Origin: Candidatus Hydrogenedentota bacterium
Lineage (GTDB): Bacteria; Hydrogenedentota; Hydrogenedentia; Hydrogenedentales; SLHB01
Reading direction: 5' to 3'
Length of the DNA: 64,000 nucleotides
Assembly: GCA_045863295.1 (NCBI GenBank)
Contig: BTWA01000017.1
Location: forward strand, 55,753 to 119,752
Both the position numbers and the translations under genes were made by a program. Positions 9,401 through 17,810 of this stretch are shown here, one piece after another. Under the pieces are notes generated by a model. That model did no database searches. It saw nothing but the letters and a program-made list of their open reading frames with translations, and was not told the DNA's origin. The first letter of the stretch is position 1, and every line of letters starts with the position of its first letter.

Positions 9401-12322
9401 TCGCTGCAGAGTCTTGACTTTCTTTTCTTTGCTCGCTTCTTCTTCCTGCTTCTGCTTGGTGTCTCCGGCATCGAGCAAGAGTTGAAGTTGTTCCAGTGCC
9501 TTATCGGTCTGCGATCCTCTCGACAGGTCCTGTGCGTACTCGAAGCGTAGACGGATATTCAACGGATCGAGGTCGACGGCTTTCGCTTTTGCGACCAAGG
9601 CCTCTTCGGTGAATCCCGCGCTGCTCATCGCCCGTGCAAGGGTGATGTACGACTTGGGATCATCCGGACTCTCTTCGACAATCTTATTCCAGGTTTCGCG
9701 GGCTTTCTCTTGTTCACCCAGCTGCGCGTAGACGTTTCCCAGTCGTTCGAATTCCTGGGCCGTGGGCTTTCCAGACATAGCAAGAAGCTGTTCGTAATAG
9801 GAAACGACCTTAGGCAAGTCCTGTGCGTCATGCGCGGTGCGCACCAAGGCCTGAAGGGCAGGCGCTTTGTCATCCACGGCTTCGAGCCCTGTTTCCAGCG
9901 CTTCAAGGGCGGCGGCATTGTTGGCTTGGTTCAATTGAACCGCGGCCAAGTCCTCATACGCGGCCAGTTTCTTGGGGGTGTTTCGAATACGCTCGCGCAA
10001 TTCACGAATGAACTCATCAATGGTGCCCTGTTGCTGATACAGACCGGCAAGCCTGACGATGGCAGTTCTTCTTGTCTGATCCTCCTGGGCAACGGAGAGC
10101 ATCTTGCGAAACGCCTCCATGGCTTCACCGTATCGCCGGTCTTGCATAAGGGCGTCGCCGTATTGGCGAAAGTAATCGGGTTCGTCGGGTTCGAGCCGGA
10201 GGGCATAGCGGTATTGCTCCAATGCCTTTTCCATCTCGCGGTAATTCTGGTACACCTGTGCAAGATCGAGTCGTGCCTCAGGATCGGCCGGGGCGGTTTC
10301 CACTACCTTTTGCGCGGTGGCCAGGGCTTCTTCGCGCAGGTCTGCCTCCATGTAGATTGATAGCAATTCGCGGTAGTAGCCGCCAGCCCGATCCTTTTCT
10401 TTTTCGATCAGGATCTTGTACGAGTCTATGGCTTCCTGGGTTTGTTTGTTTGTACGATAGGCCGAGGCCAACGTGCGTTGGTGATCCATGTTCTCGGGAT
10501 CCAGTTCCGCGCAGCGTTCGTACAGGCTGATCGCTTTTGGCCGATCGCCCAAACGTTCAAACATTCGGCCCAGCCGGGCCAGCCTGACGGGATCGGTCGC
10601 ATCGGACTGGACTTCCAGTTCCCACTCTTCCTGCTTTTGTTTGAGCATATCGAGTTTGGCATACACGTCGAGCAAACCCCGTTCGCCCTGATCTTGCAGA
10701 TAGTCGTTCTCGGTCAGGGCCGAGAGTTTCTCGAAGAGAGGCAAGGCTTCTTCGGCTCGCTCCTGCCGCATTTGGTTGCGGGCGAGGGCGAGGGCGTACT
10801 CCATGTTCCCGGCGTCCTTCTCCATGGCCTTGGCCAACAAAGGTTCCGCCTTCTCCGTCTGGTTGAATGATTCAAGTATTCCCGCCACCTCCGCATAGTC
10901 GGCGGCGGGACTGGTGGCCTCATCCAGCGTGCCTGTCCAGATGGCAATTGCGGCCTCTTCATCGCCCTTTTCAAACTTCAGCCCAGCAAGTCTGAAACTC
11001 CATTCCTTGTTCTTGTTCGATTGCAGCGCAGTTTCATACGCAGCGATGGCTTCATCCGGGAAATCGTATTCTTCGTACCATTCGGCGAGGAGGGCTTGCC
11101 CTTCGGGTGACGGGTCGATTGCCGTGATCCGTTGCCACGTGGTTTTGGCCAGGTCGGGGTTCTTACTCTGGAGATGAAATTCGCCAATTCTGCGGATGTA
11201 GTCGGGTTCAGACGGAAAGAGCTCAATCAGCTTTTCATACGTGGCGGCGACCGCCTCGCCCTTGCCTTGCCTCTGGTGGAGGGCGAGCAGATTCTCGTAG
11301 GCGCCGCTACGTTTGGGATCGCGTTCGAGTATCTGATTGTACTCCGCCTCGGCCATGTCGAACCGGTTCATGCGCGTATACGTCTCGGCAAGGAGATCGC
11401 GCATTTCGATGTCGCCCGGCGCGATTGCGAGGCGTGCCAACACGTAGTCGGCGAGGCCTTGCAGGTCTCCCATATCCTGATACACCCCCACAAGGCGCTG
11501 CTTGATGTCCTCAAAGAGCCAATTTCCGGGGGCTACCAGTTCCAGGGCCTTTTCGTATGTGGCTACTGCCTCGGTGTATTTTTCCTGTTGCACGTAGGAC
11601 TGCCCAATGGAACGCAGGGACCGGCACTGCCTGTAGGGGTCATCCTGGGAGATAGAAGCCAGATGCGTATACGTTGCGATGGCCTCATCCCACATACGGT
11701 TCTCTTCGTAAATGGCGGCTAGCTCAAGCAGTGCAAAGGCATCGTTTTGATCCAACTCAGTGAGTCTGCGCCACGCGGCGATGGCCTGGTCAGTATTGCC
11801 TTGCCGTTGATACAGCGTGCCAAGCAGCCGGCATATCTTTCCCCGTTGATCGGAGTCTTGTGTGGCGTCCAGGGCGGCGGAAAGCAATTCGATGGCGCCC
11901 TCATCGTTGCCGATATCGTAGTAGACCGTTCCGAGCAACTGCTTGAATTCAGGACGGTCCTCGCCCTGTGATCGGGCCTTTTCAAGCACCTCGATAGCTT
12001 CTTTGTTTTTGAATTGGCGCGCGTACACTCGACCCAGGAGGATCAGGTGGGGCGTGTTGGGTTGCGCGGTTTCGCTTTCGGCCTTCAGCTTTTCGATCCA
12101 GGGGTCAATGCCCTCGTATGCCAAGTAGCTTTCGTAAATGCGGTCGAAGGCTTGATCCTGCAGGGGACTTCTCAGAAGCGCTTTCTCGTACCGGTCGCGA
12201 ATCTGGCGGTCGCGATCCGTGATCTCAGCACTAACGGGGGCCGATACGGAGGAGTTTTCCTCCTGGGCAATGGCCGTCCACGGCGTGAATGCGGCGAGAA
12301 TCAGCGGAATGATTTTTCGCAT
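3458..12322 (-). CDS. Giant exported tetratricopeptide-repeat protein (~2954 aa) with a C-terminal PA14-like beta-sandwich
   Basis: Sec signal MRKIIPLILAAFTPWTAIA; dozens of TPR-pattern helices (A..Y.KAL.L.P); C-terminal WVVMGPF...GADDLPRVWVNG...GVNTVVIK; ATG 12322 behind a GGAG RBS. Confidence 0.85.
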   Translation of the reverse strand: MRKIIPLILAAFTPWTAIAQEENSSVSAPVSAEITDRDRQIRDRYEKALLRSPLQDQAFDRIYESYLAYEGIDPWIEKLKAESETAQPNTPHLILLGRVYARQFKNKEAIEVLEKARSQGEDRPEFKQLLGTVYYDIGNDEGAIELLSAALDATQDSDQRGKICRLLGTLYQRQGNTDQAIAAWRRLTELDQNDAFALLELAAIYEENRMWDEAIATYTHLASISQDDPYRQCRSLRSIGQSYVQQEKYTEAVATYEKALELVAPGNWLFEDIKQRLVGVYQDMGDLQGLADYVLARLAIAPGDIEMRDLLAETYTRMNRFDMAEAEYNQILERDPKRSGAYENLLALHQRQGKGEAVAATYEKLIELFPSEPDYIRRIGEFHLQSKNPDLAKTTWQRITAIDPSPEGQALLAEWYEEYDFPDEAIAAYETALQSNKNKEWSFRLAGLKFEKGDEEAAIAIWTGTLDEATSPAADYAEVAGILESFNQTEKAEPLLAKAMEKDAGNMEYALALARNQMRQERAEEALPLFEKLSALTENDYLQDQGERGLLDVYAKLDMLKQKQEEWELEVQSDATDPVRLARLGRMFERLGDRPKAISLYERCAELDPENMDHQRTLASAYRTNKQTQEAIDSYKILIEKEKDRAGGYYRELLSIYMEADLREEALATAQKVVETAPADPEARLDLAQVYQNYREMEKALEQYRYALRLEPDEPDYFRQYGDALMQDRRYGEAMEAFRKMLSVAQEDQTRRTAIVRLAGLYQQQGTIDEFIRELRERIRNTPKKLAAYEDLAAVQLNQANNAAALEALETGLEAVDDKAPALQALVRTAHDAQDLPKVVSYYEQLLAMSGKPTAQEFERLGNVYAQLGEQEKARETWNKIVEESPDDPKSYITLARAMSSAGFTEEALVAKAKAVDLDPLNIRLRFEYAQDLSRGSQTDKALEQLQLLLDAGDTKQKQEEEASKEKKVKTLQRGSGGAYRNIRYAMQGGYYSSGGRGFSGSFADFRPEIVTTMVAMADNSIGIDALLEGFKKKVEENPSNYEVRKDLVVALRAANRPEESTKEIEALLATHADDIQLLEWVAALYVQMADYQRSIDTLTRVAELQPIKRKDTLMAILPLYFQSQQLNKAKELAQIVLTEFKDDPTVVSSLLSSYQQQGLMEEAKTLRTAIETLEPRYKYSPLIQLASIHNQTGDMTEAVKIYQDVLEHGDQGQMNYGSRRQASLYVSRPEGIASMIQRYSGSRRVFSALSSAGVMRSSSSFVQTAAAELLAMPDESVSTATLAKFQASAGQFANASSTDERDRAWAMGKFLIAHHIGKSEYDLAAKALDDFHQAGMDDVEWYNLKLAIAELQNDHPAMLSLYDEVENRYPSTTREATRARIAVNIRAGDYAKAAEGMRALMQRGLPPAQIMEGINQFRTAGEKEITKSLLEEHLSGLSRNSDALSLLAELYSEEDNLDKAIELAREAWDRRIQGTARSNSYYYTSYGGVYYANMGGGPQGTDQILQRLHQYMAAAGRTPELIAEFEDRLAKQPGSIEIHRHLASLYSMNNEVDKAMEVWQKLIDKRPNYAEAKMTVAQLLTNKGRFDEALAMYEDMIKKTPSMYSRVSWSVRDLYQRMGKGEQLDEMEKTMVAKATTPDQMQELAWRFREEGDYNQAIELLEKAAKLAPTQTYYKSELAQTYVSAGRIEEALATYVAWMDSPVSRAQGWVDYYAVDQMAGLYRATGKLDELKTKNAEALQKNATDKIALAVDAGIAKLEKRFDDARAIYESLMTRGQDQNVVNQLVEMSELQADPAAVLALIEKSGQNANYWGDRLPLMYLAAGDRVKAYEEWKKYAQRYGGAYGYREVMQQLVHHGLWEEAEDYYTNNRKAAIAEEWVAREMDQIAARGYALGKGFAHAVEELKAQPIKGTSAEFLKAILNSMKDDTVRCREFLQPLLEKDPENTALLVMMADNHVREDNFEAAAPLFAKAVELDKDNGAYVQQYANCLVSLGRVEDADALFQAWYPQRLAERGPVYTTFLQQVGRWKQILTLKESALQTVDPSLKDQTILHFAGLEASMGNIEAAKSAYKELFDRSKDANSFSAYYEFLTQKALYSEAYALFMANKDEGFLDQWQGSSEAYADLCLQEGDPNAIIDHAWKFLRYGDRYNRDYYVNRIADRMGGKFNLRKFYGPLEARIFEDPNPMTPLVLACARLNSQIGNYDRAIELYKTVLDKNRFESQARQGLVGALHAQGRYEEELALTSDLSVATNTQAEVSATIELAQTYFNIQRPEDAVKTLTELYAWAKDANASQSIAQLLIEQKRYEQALPYLERASTLSRAYSGTKASLARCYAKLGRGEDAIRVAAEATEELNPESFVRWLVSEKLYDVAIAAAQKGISIDPAGEQFHIALVQAHLEMGDAANAFAALETAMQQIPDRRASDLADTVGQAIAQNPANFDAALAAVSAAPTPGAVTAMVCGFSNRASRKAKDSAQAARAAVTALPVERSVAQIKLALALIDLDDPGAALEWLRKAAGAPQLNNGELALLGTGFVDAGDPAGALAAFEKLLSRQPGAWTTQTKILVAYAKAGSPEQKQAFLDLLRANVPYEQQLACYESLFKAHEGASDESLAELAALIESPVLTEQQAAEMSNLFKENHRHDDAMRLYQRIANGGFGQSARNEALLSAVKLECETSLPEAMRYYVQLIPLGDAQATNARHAIAEKVSAESLPKLKEVILAAIAEKPAHDRGSDLVGFYSALAEKAGAADSAAAVATAAGLTGVEAEEAALWDRMVENWVVMGPFDVSETGLEGSPLDYIPELEKGLIESGVSDASSSAIVSPTDVVRAIEIDKALGLDDESRENKLAYAVTTIQSPDAREVTFSFGADDLPRVWVNGKKVFERLQGTAAVPDQERFKATLQQGVNTVVIKLVNRGADWEFFLAPLEGGDGLTASAPATATASEVASLANAE

Positions 12323-12339
12323 GGTATTTTCTCTCCGTT

Positions 12340-14946
12340 TCAACCATAGCGCTGCGGCGGCCCAAACAGCCGCAAGCCCGCCAGGTCGAATCTGCGCAAA
12401 GCCACGTCAAGCACGAATATCATCACGGCAGCCAAGAGCAGCCACGGTGCGATGCGTCTCCGCACCACGACCGCTTCTTCTGGCGCGACGCGAAAGACTT
12501 CTTCCACGGTAGGGTTGTAGGTGCCGCCCGTAACCTCGGCAAGCTGTCGCAAGAAGGATTCATTGGTTGAAAGGTGCCGGTACTCTGGCTTGTATGAAAC
12601 GGTGATGCCTCGTGTGAAGTCAGATACGACTTGCTCTTCCTGTTCACCGGTTTCGTTGGTCACCATGCGAGTTTGCCGTAGTTTAAGCAAGTAGCTGCCC
12701 GTTTCTGAGATGGGCACATCTGTTTCGTATCGACCAGGGCCGCGCTGATCCAGTGGCAGTTCGGCGACGCTCAAATCCGGCTTAATAATCTGCGCCGTCG
12801 TTGTCAAGTTGTTGACGAAGTTGCCGTCGTCGTCAAAGTTGTCCACGGAGACCTCAGCGCGATCGGGACGGATGGCAATGTCCGTCTGCGCCCCAAGGCT
12901 GGAGGTGGTACGCATTACATCGCGAACGACTTGTGCCCAGAACTTTCCGTAGCCGGGCCACCCGAGCCAGTCGCTCGCCCAACGGCTTTTCGCGTCGGAT
13001 GTGAATGCGGCGGTCTTGCCCAGGCCAAATCGCCATCCCGCGAGAAGCGGATCGCCCCGTTCTGTCGCCAATGTAACTTTTGCGGTGGATTTTGCGGTGG
13101 TCACAACGTACCCAAACAGGAAAGGCGATGAATCCCAATCAATGCCCTGGACCATTTGATCCTGTTGGAAGATTTGGGGGAGGAATGGTTCTTCAATAAG
13201 CGAAGATTTCGAGGCGGACATAGTCTCTTTGGTGAATATCTGCGGAATATCGTAGGGGTCGGCAGTGAAGTAATACCGGCCATTGCCCCATCGTGCGATA
13301 TCCTGCAGGAGGACCGTATCCGCACCATCGCCCACGGCTACGGTGGATACGGTCATTTGCTCCGATGTCATCTGATCGACGATACCTTGGAAATCGCCGG
13401 GCTGCGATTGGCCGTCCGTCAACAGCACGACGTGCTTAAATGCGGCCGGCGCCAACGAAAGCGCGGTGTGGGCTTCGACCAGCCCCGGATAGATACTTGT
13501 GCCGCCGCCCGCTTCGATAGTCGATATGGTTTGGATTATCCCGGTCTTGTTGTCGGCGCTCTGAAGTTCAACAACCCAGTAGGGCTCGCCGTCGAATGCG
13601 ACGACCCCCACTTGATCCTGGGGGCCGAGCAATTCGACTGCCGCGATGCCCGCTTCCTTAGCCAGTTCAATTTTCTCGCCATCCATGCTTCCAGATTTGT
13701 CAACGACGAGCATCATGGCGAGGCTGGGCGTGTCTTTTTTCTTTTCCGAGCGCATTCGCACGGGGAGGGCGTCTTCGATGGCTGTCCGATAGTACCCACC
13801 GAGGGCAAACGACTCTTCGCCGCCGATCATGATCATGCCTCCGCCGAGATCTTCAACATAGGAGCGAAGCAGGTTCATTTGCCGGACATTGACGTCCGTT
13901 GCGGGTACATCGGAGAGAATTACCGCGTCGAACGCCGCGAGTTCATCGAGGCTACCGGGCATGCCTTTGCCTTCCCGCACTTCGACGGCGACGTCCTCTG
14001 CCTCGAGCGCGCGGGCGAGATAGCGCGCTTCGTTTTCCTGGCCTTCCAGCAATAATACGCGGGGTTGACCCGCCACGAATACAATGCCCGACGCCACATT
14101 GTTGTCCGCGAAGAAGTCCTTCTCCGTGGTCACGCGCAATTCATACTTGGTCAGGCCGTCGGTGGGATTGGTTTCGTCGAAGACGAGTTCGTTTTCGCCC
14201 TTCTTCAAGTCCAGTTGTTTCTCCTGAACCTTAAAACCGTTACGGTACAGGGTGAACGCAGCTTGGCCTTCAACGGTCGAATGCGCGCGGGCAGATACGC
14301 TGAATGATTGTCCGCGCTTCACCTCGGCGGGGACTATCAAGTCTTCCAGCAGTACCTCATCCTTTTCATCGGATTGGTACGGCATCGTATAGATACGAAT
14401 GCCGTGGGTAGCGCAAAGTTTTGCCGTTTCCATCGCGTTGCCGGTGGTTTCGTTGCCGTCGGAGATCAAGAGCACGCGATTGATGGTTCCCGTGGGCATG
14501 ATTTCCCGGGCGCGTTGCAGGGCGCCGGCAATGGCCGTGTCGCCCCGGGCTTCCGGCTTTTGCAGCTTCTCAGGGAAGACGGGTTTGGGTTGAACGGGTA
14601 CAACCGTTGTTGCTTCGTTGGAAAAGGTAATGAGTCCCGCCTGACCGGGGTTGGCGGCGCGATCGGCCACTTGCCTCAGAATCGCACTCGCTTGGTCGAC
14701 GCCTTTTTGTGGAGCGCTATCGGAAAGGTCGGCCAATACAAGCACAGCCACATGTTGGCTCTTCCCCATAAACAACGTGTTGGCCAGCGCCAATACGATT
14801 AAGGCGATAGTAATGGCGCGGACGGCGGCCGTGATCCACAACTGGATGCGTGAACTGTCAATGAGCGTGTGCCGAAGCACTATGAGCAGTGCTGGAATGA
14901 TGGCGAGACCGGCAAGCCATGCATGGGATTCAAAGTCGAATGGCAT
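12340..14946 (-). CDS. Membrane protein with two VWA domains and a glutamine-amidotransferase-like domain
   Basis: MIDAS motifs DLSDS and DKSGS, LISDG/LLTDG, GATase1-like FDAVILSDV...YVEDLGGGMIMIGG; N- and C-terminal TM helices. Confidence 0.85.
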   Translation of the reverse strand: MPFDFESHAWLAGLAIIPALLIVLRHTLIDSSRIQLWITAAVRAITIALIVLALANTLFMGKSQHVAVLVLADLSDSAPQKGVDQASAILRQVADRAANPGQAGLITFSNEATTVVPVQPKPVFPEKLQKPEARGDTAIAGALQRAREIMPTGTINRVLLISDGNETTGNAMETAKLCATHGIRIYTMPYQSDEKDEVLLEDLIVPAEVKRGQSFSVSARAHSTVEGQAAFTLYRNGFKVQEKQLDLKKGENELVFDETNPTDGLTKYELRVTTEKDFFADNNVASGIVFVAGQPRVLLLEGQENEARYLARALEAEDVAVEVREGKGMPGSLDELAAFDAVILSDVPATDVNVRQMNLLRSYVEDLGGGMIMIGGEESFALGGYYRTAIEDALPVRMRSEKKKDTPSLAMMLVVDKSGSMDGEKIELAKEAGIAAVELLGPQDQVGVVAFDGEPYWVVELQSADNKTGIIQTISTIEAGGGTSIYPGLVEAHTALSLAPAAFKHVVLLTDGQSQPGDFQGIVDQMTSEQMTVSTVAVGDGADTVLLQDIARWGNGRYYFTADPYDIPQIFTKETMSASKSSLIEEPFLPQIFQQDQMVQGIDWDSSPFLFGYVVTTAKSTAKVTLATERGDPLLAGWRFGLGKTAAFTSDAKSRWASDWLGWPGYGKFWAQVVRDVMRTTSSLGAQTDIAIRPDRAEVSVDNFDDDGNFVNNLTTTAQIIKPDLSVAELPLDQRGPGRYETDVPISETGSYLLKLRQTRMVTNETGEQEEQVVSDFTRGITVSYKPEYRHLSTNESFLRQLAEVTGGTYNPTVEEVFRVAPEEAVVVRRRIAPWLLLAAVMIFVLDVALRRFDLAGLRLFGPPQRYG

Positions 14947-14952
14947 ACCGCA

Positions 14953-16851
14953 CTACTCCACGATCCGGCGGTGGAACAGCCACCACTCCGCGGTCAACAC
15001 AGCGAACGCCAGCGCGGCGAGAATAAGCCATGGTTCCGTGCCCAGGCGTAGGCCCCCCGCAATGACGGGAAGCGGTGCGTCGGATTGGATTGGAAGTTCA
15101 TGGGATGGGGCGATGTTAGATTCGCGGGCGCTGTTGATGTTTGCCGCAAACAAGGGTATTTGCTCCCCGTCGGTCATCGTCGCGCGGTAGACACCGGACC
15201 GGTTCACGGGGAGCAACGCATCATCACTGAGCGGCGCAAGTGGCATTTGCGATTCCGCCGGGCCGGTCGCGCTTTGACTCTGGGACACACTCGAAATCAC
15301 ATCGTCGGCATGGGCAGTGTGCTTGGACACGAACCCGCGCAAATCGTCCGCGGACAGCATCTGTCCGATAGGGGGCGTTTGCCAGGCCGGATCGCTATCG
15401 ATGCCTGCCATATACCTGACCGCATTGGCCACGAGAATGGGATAGGCGACGCGCAGAGGCAAGTCACTTGCATTCTCATCAAATGCAAACACGAGTGTTT
15501 GGCTGTCGGTTGTCGACCGGATCAGGGCGAGCGGATCGTCGAATGCACTAATGAGAGGGGTGAATTCGTCCGGGCAATTTACCTTGAGGGCGCTACGAAT
15601 CGTAACATTTGTCAGCGACACGTGGCGGTTGATGGGATGTTCCTCATCCCATTCCGTAATGATTGCGTCCGCCAGCGGACCGTTCGACGATAGGCCGAGG
15701 TCGGCCGGCCATGCGCTGAGGAAGACGGCAATTCCCTTGGGCGTCGCGGGTGGCGCCCAGCGATCGAAGATCATCACGTGATCCCCTTCGACGGGATCGG
15801 CGCTGTAGTTCGCGGGCAGGGTCATCGTGAGATCGATTTCGTCATCTGTTCGCAATGCGCTTTCCAGGAAGAGATTTCCTTCGGACACAAGAGTGACAGG
15901 AATGACGCGCGGTTCAGGCAGGACACCATACGCCCGGTTGTCAATCGGGTATGCGTCGTCGTAGTCGAGAAAGAGGTCTACTTCGCCGCCCTCGTTGCTG
16001 AACTGGCGCACTGTGCGCACTTCGCTTGCTCCCGCCGCCAGCACCAATTCGCCTGCATCGACCAGAATGCCCGCGGCATTCACCTCGTAAGGAATCCGTT
16101 TTTCCGATTCCGTATGGTTTACTGCTTCGAAATAGATTTCAAAGTCGCGCGGCGACGCGGGCAGCGCGCGCAGTTGAAATGCCGCAATCCCGACGTTGTC
16201 CTTGGCCTCACCCACTTTGAGATAAGCAAACTGAGTATTCTCGGCCGGTGTGAACGTCACTGGATCGAACGCCCCATCGCTGATGACGTATACGTGCGTA
16301 TCGCGTTCGTCCTTGGGCAGATTGTCTAGAATGGAGAGCGCTTTGTCGAAGCGTGTGCCGCCGTGTGTAAGTTCCACCCGATCCAGCGCGTCGAGCAAAT
16401 CTTTCCGGCCGTTGGTGAACGGCGAGACAATGTCCGCCTGATCGGCGATGGTCACTAGCATCAAGTTGTCGCCCTGCCCCATGCCGCGAATCACATTCTG
16501 GGCGAGCTGTTTGGCTTTGTCGAACCGTGTCATGCCGTTCTCGACTGCGGTCATGCTGGCGGAGCGATCCAGAATGAGTACGATTCGGCGGGCACCGAGC
16601 GCCCCGCCGGACAGCAACGGCTGAGCGACCGCAAGGGCGAGTAAAGAGACAATCAAGAGTTGGAGCAATAGCGAAAGCAGTTTCCGGATGCGCGTGAACG
16701 AAGTAATGGTGTGTTCATCCCGCAGTACCTTCTCCCAGAAGAGGAGGTTGGACACCATGACACGCCTGCGCCGTTGCTTCAGCAAATACAGCAGGATGAC
16801 AGGTATAAACAGCGCAAAGAGTGCGAGTGCTATGGGTTGCGCAAAAGCCAT
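14953..16851 (-). CDS. BatA-like N-terminal / VWA domain membrane protein
   Basis: BatA-type start (F..P.AL....IPVILLYLLK...VSNLLFW), DRSASM MIDAS motif, ISDG, C-terminal TM ending EWWLFHRR. Confidence 0.85.
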   Translation of the reverse strand: MAFAQPIALALFALFIPVILLYLLKQRRRRVMVSNLLFWEKVLRDEHTITSFTRIRKLLSLLLQLLIVSLLALAVAQPLLSGGALGARRIVLILDRSASMTAVENGMTRFDKAKQLAQNVIRGMGQGDNLMLVTIADQADIVSPFTNGRKDLLDALDRVELTHGGTRFDKALSILDNLPKDERDTHVYVISDGAFDPVTFTPAENTQFAYLKVGEAKDNVGIAAFQLRALPASPRDFEIYFEAVNHTESEKRIPYEVNAAGILVDAGELVLAAGASEVRTVRQFSNEGGEVDLFLDYDDAYPIDNRAYGVLPEPRVIPVTLVSEGNLFLESALRTDDEIDLTMTLPANYSADPVEGDHVMIFDRWAPPATPKGIAVFLSAWPADLGLSSNGPLADAIITEWDEEHPINRHVSLTNVTIRSALKVNCPDEFTPLISAFDDPLALIRSTTDSQTLVFAFDENASDLPLRVAYPILVANAVRYMAGIDSDPAWQTPPIGQMLSADDLRGFVSKHTAHADDVISSVSQSQSATGPAESQMPLAPLSDDALLPVNRSGVYRATMTDGEQIPLFAANINSARESNIAPSHELPIQSDAPLPVIAGGLRLGTEPWLILAALAFAVLTAEWWLFHRRIVE

Positions 16852-16875
16852 CGTAGCTGACGTCGCCTTTCGCTG

Positions 16876-17796
16876 TTATTGCAGCAATTTGCCCCGGCGC
16901 AACATGTGCACCACAGCGTCTTGAAATGGCATGTCTGTACGGCACCGCATATAGCCCACTTCCTTCGATCGGCAAAACCGTTCGATGGAATCGCAATAGC
17001 CGGTGAAGACGGTTCTGTATTTTCGCAGTAGGGATTCAGTCAAGGTGACGTCCTTGAACTGAGCGGTCTCCGCATCGAAGAGGCGAAGATCGCCGAGGAG
17101 CGACGGTTCCGCTTCCTGAGGCGACACGATATGAATGACGTAGGGGTCGAATTTGTTGAAGCGCAGCTGATTAATGGCTTCAGTCACGCCCTTTTCGTCG
17201 TACAAATCGGATATTACCAGGGCCAGCCCGCGTTTGTACTTGCTTGCGGAGAAGGCCTTCAGGCAGTTCGTCAAATCCGTCGTGCCCGCGGCCTTCCGAT
17301 TTTCGAGGAATTGAAGCATTTGGAAGACTTTTCCCCGGCCGCGAAGACGCAGGGAATCTGCCGCTGTACGGCCGATGGCGCTGGAAAACGGCACCACGTG
17401 TACGCGATCCATGCTGGCAAGGCCGAGATAGCCGATAGCGGCGGCCAGTCTGCGCGCGTAGTGGAATTTGTATGGAGCGCCAAAGTCCATTGAACCGGAA
17501 CAATCGAGCAACAGATACACGTACAGATCTTCCTGTTCCTCGAAGAGCTTTAGAAAGAGCTGATCGGTGCGAAAGAACACGCCCCAATCGATGAACCGGA
17601 AATCGTCGCCCGGAGCGTAGGGCCGGTGATCCGCAAACTCGACACTCACGCCTTTTTGCTTGCTGCGCCGCTCGGCCTTCATCTGGCCGGAAAAGATCTT
17701 CCGCGCGACCAGGTGGAGGTAGTCGAGGATATCCATGAAGTCTTCGCCGAAGAGCGGTTCGTCGCGATCGTCAACGTAGGCCGGTGCCACTTCCAT
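16876..17796 (-). CDS. DUF58 domain protein (MoxR-associated)
   Basis: EFADHRPYAPGDDFRFIDW signature, LLDCSGSM, ISDL. Confidence 0.93.
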   Translation of the reverse strand: MEVAPAYVDDRDEPLFGEDFMDILDYLHLVARKIFSGQMKAERRSKQKGVSVEFADHRPYAPGDDFRFIDWGVFFRTDQLFLKLFEEQEDLYVYLLLDCSGSMDFGAPYKFHYARRLAAAIGYLGLASMDRVHVVPFSSAIGRTAADSLRLRGRGKVFQMLQFLENRKAAGTTDLTNCLKAFSASKYKRGLALVISDLYDEKGVTEAINQLRFNKFDPYVIHIVSPQEAEPSLLGDLRLFDAETAQFKDVTLTESLLRKYRTVFTGYCDSIERFCRSKEVGYMRCRTDMPFQDAVVHMLRRGKLLQ

Positions 17797-17810
17797 CTGA
17801 CCCGACCCCT

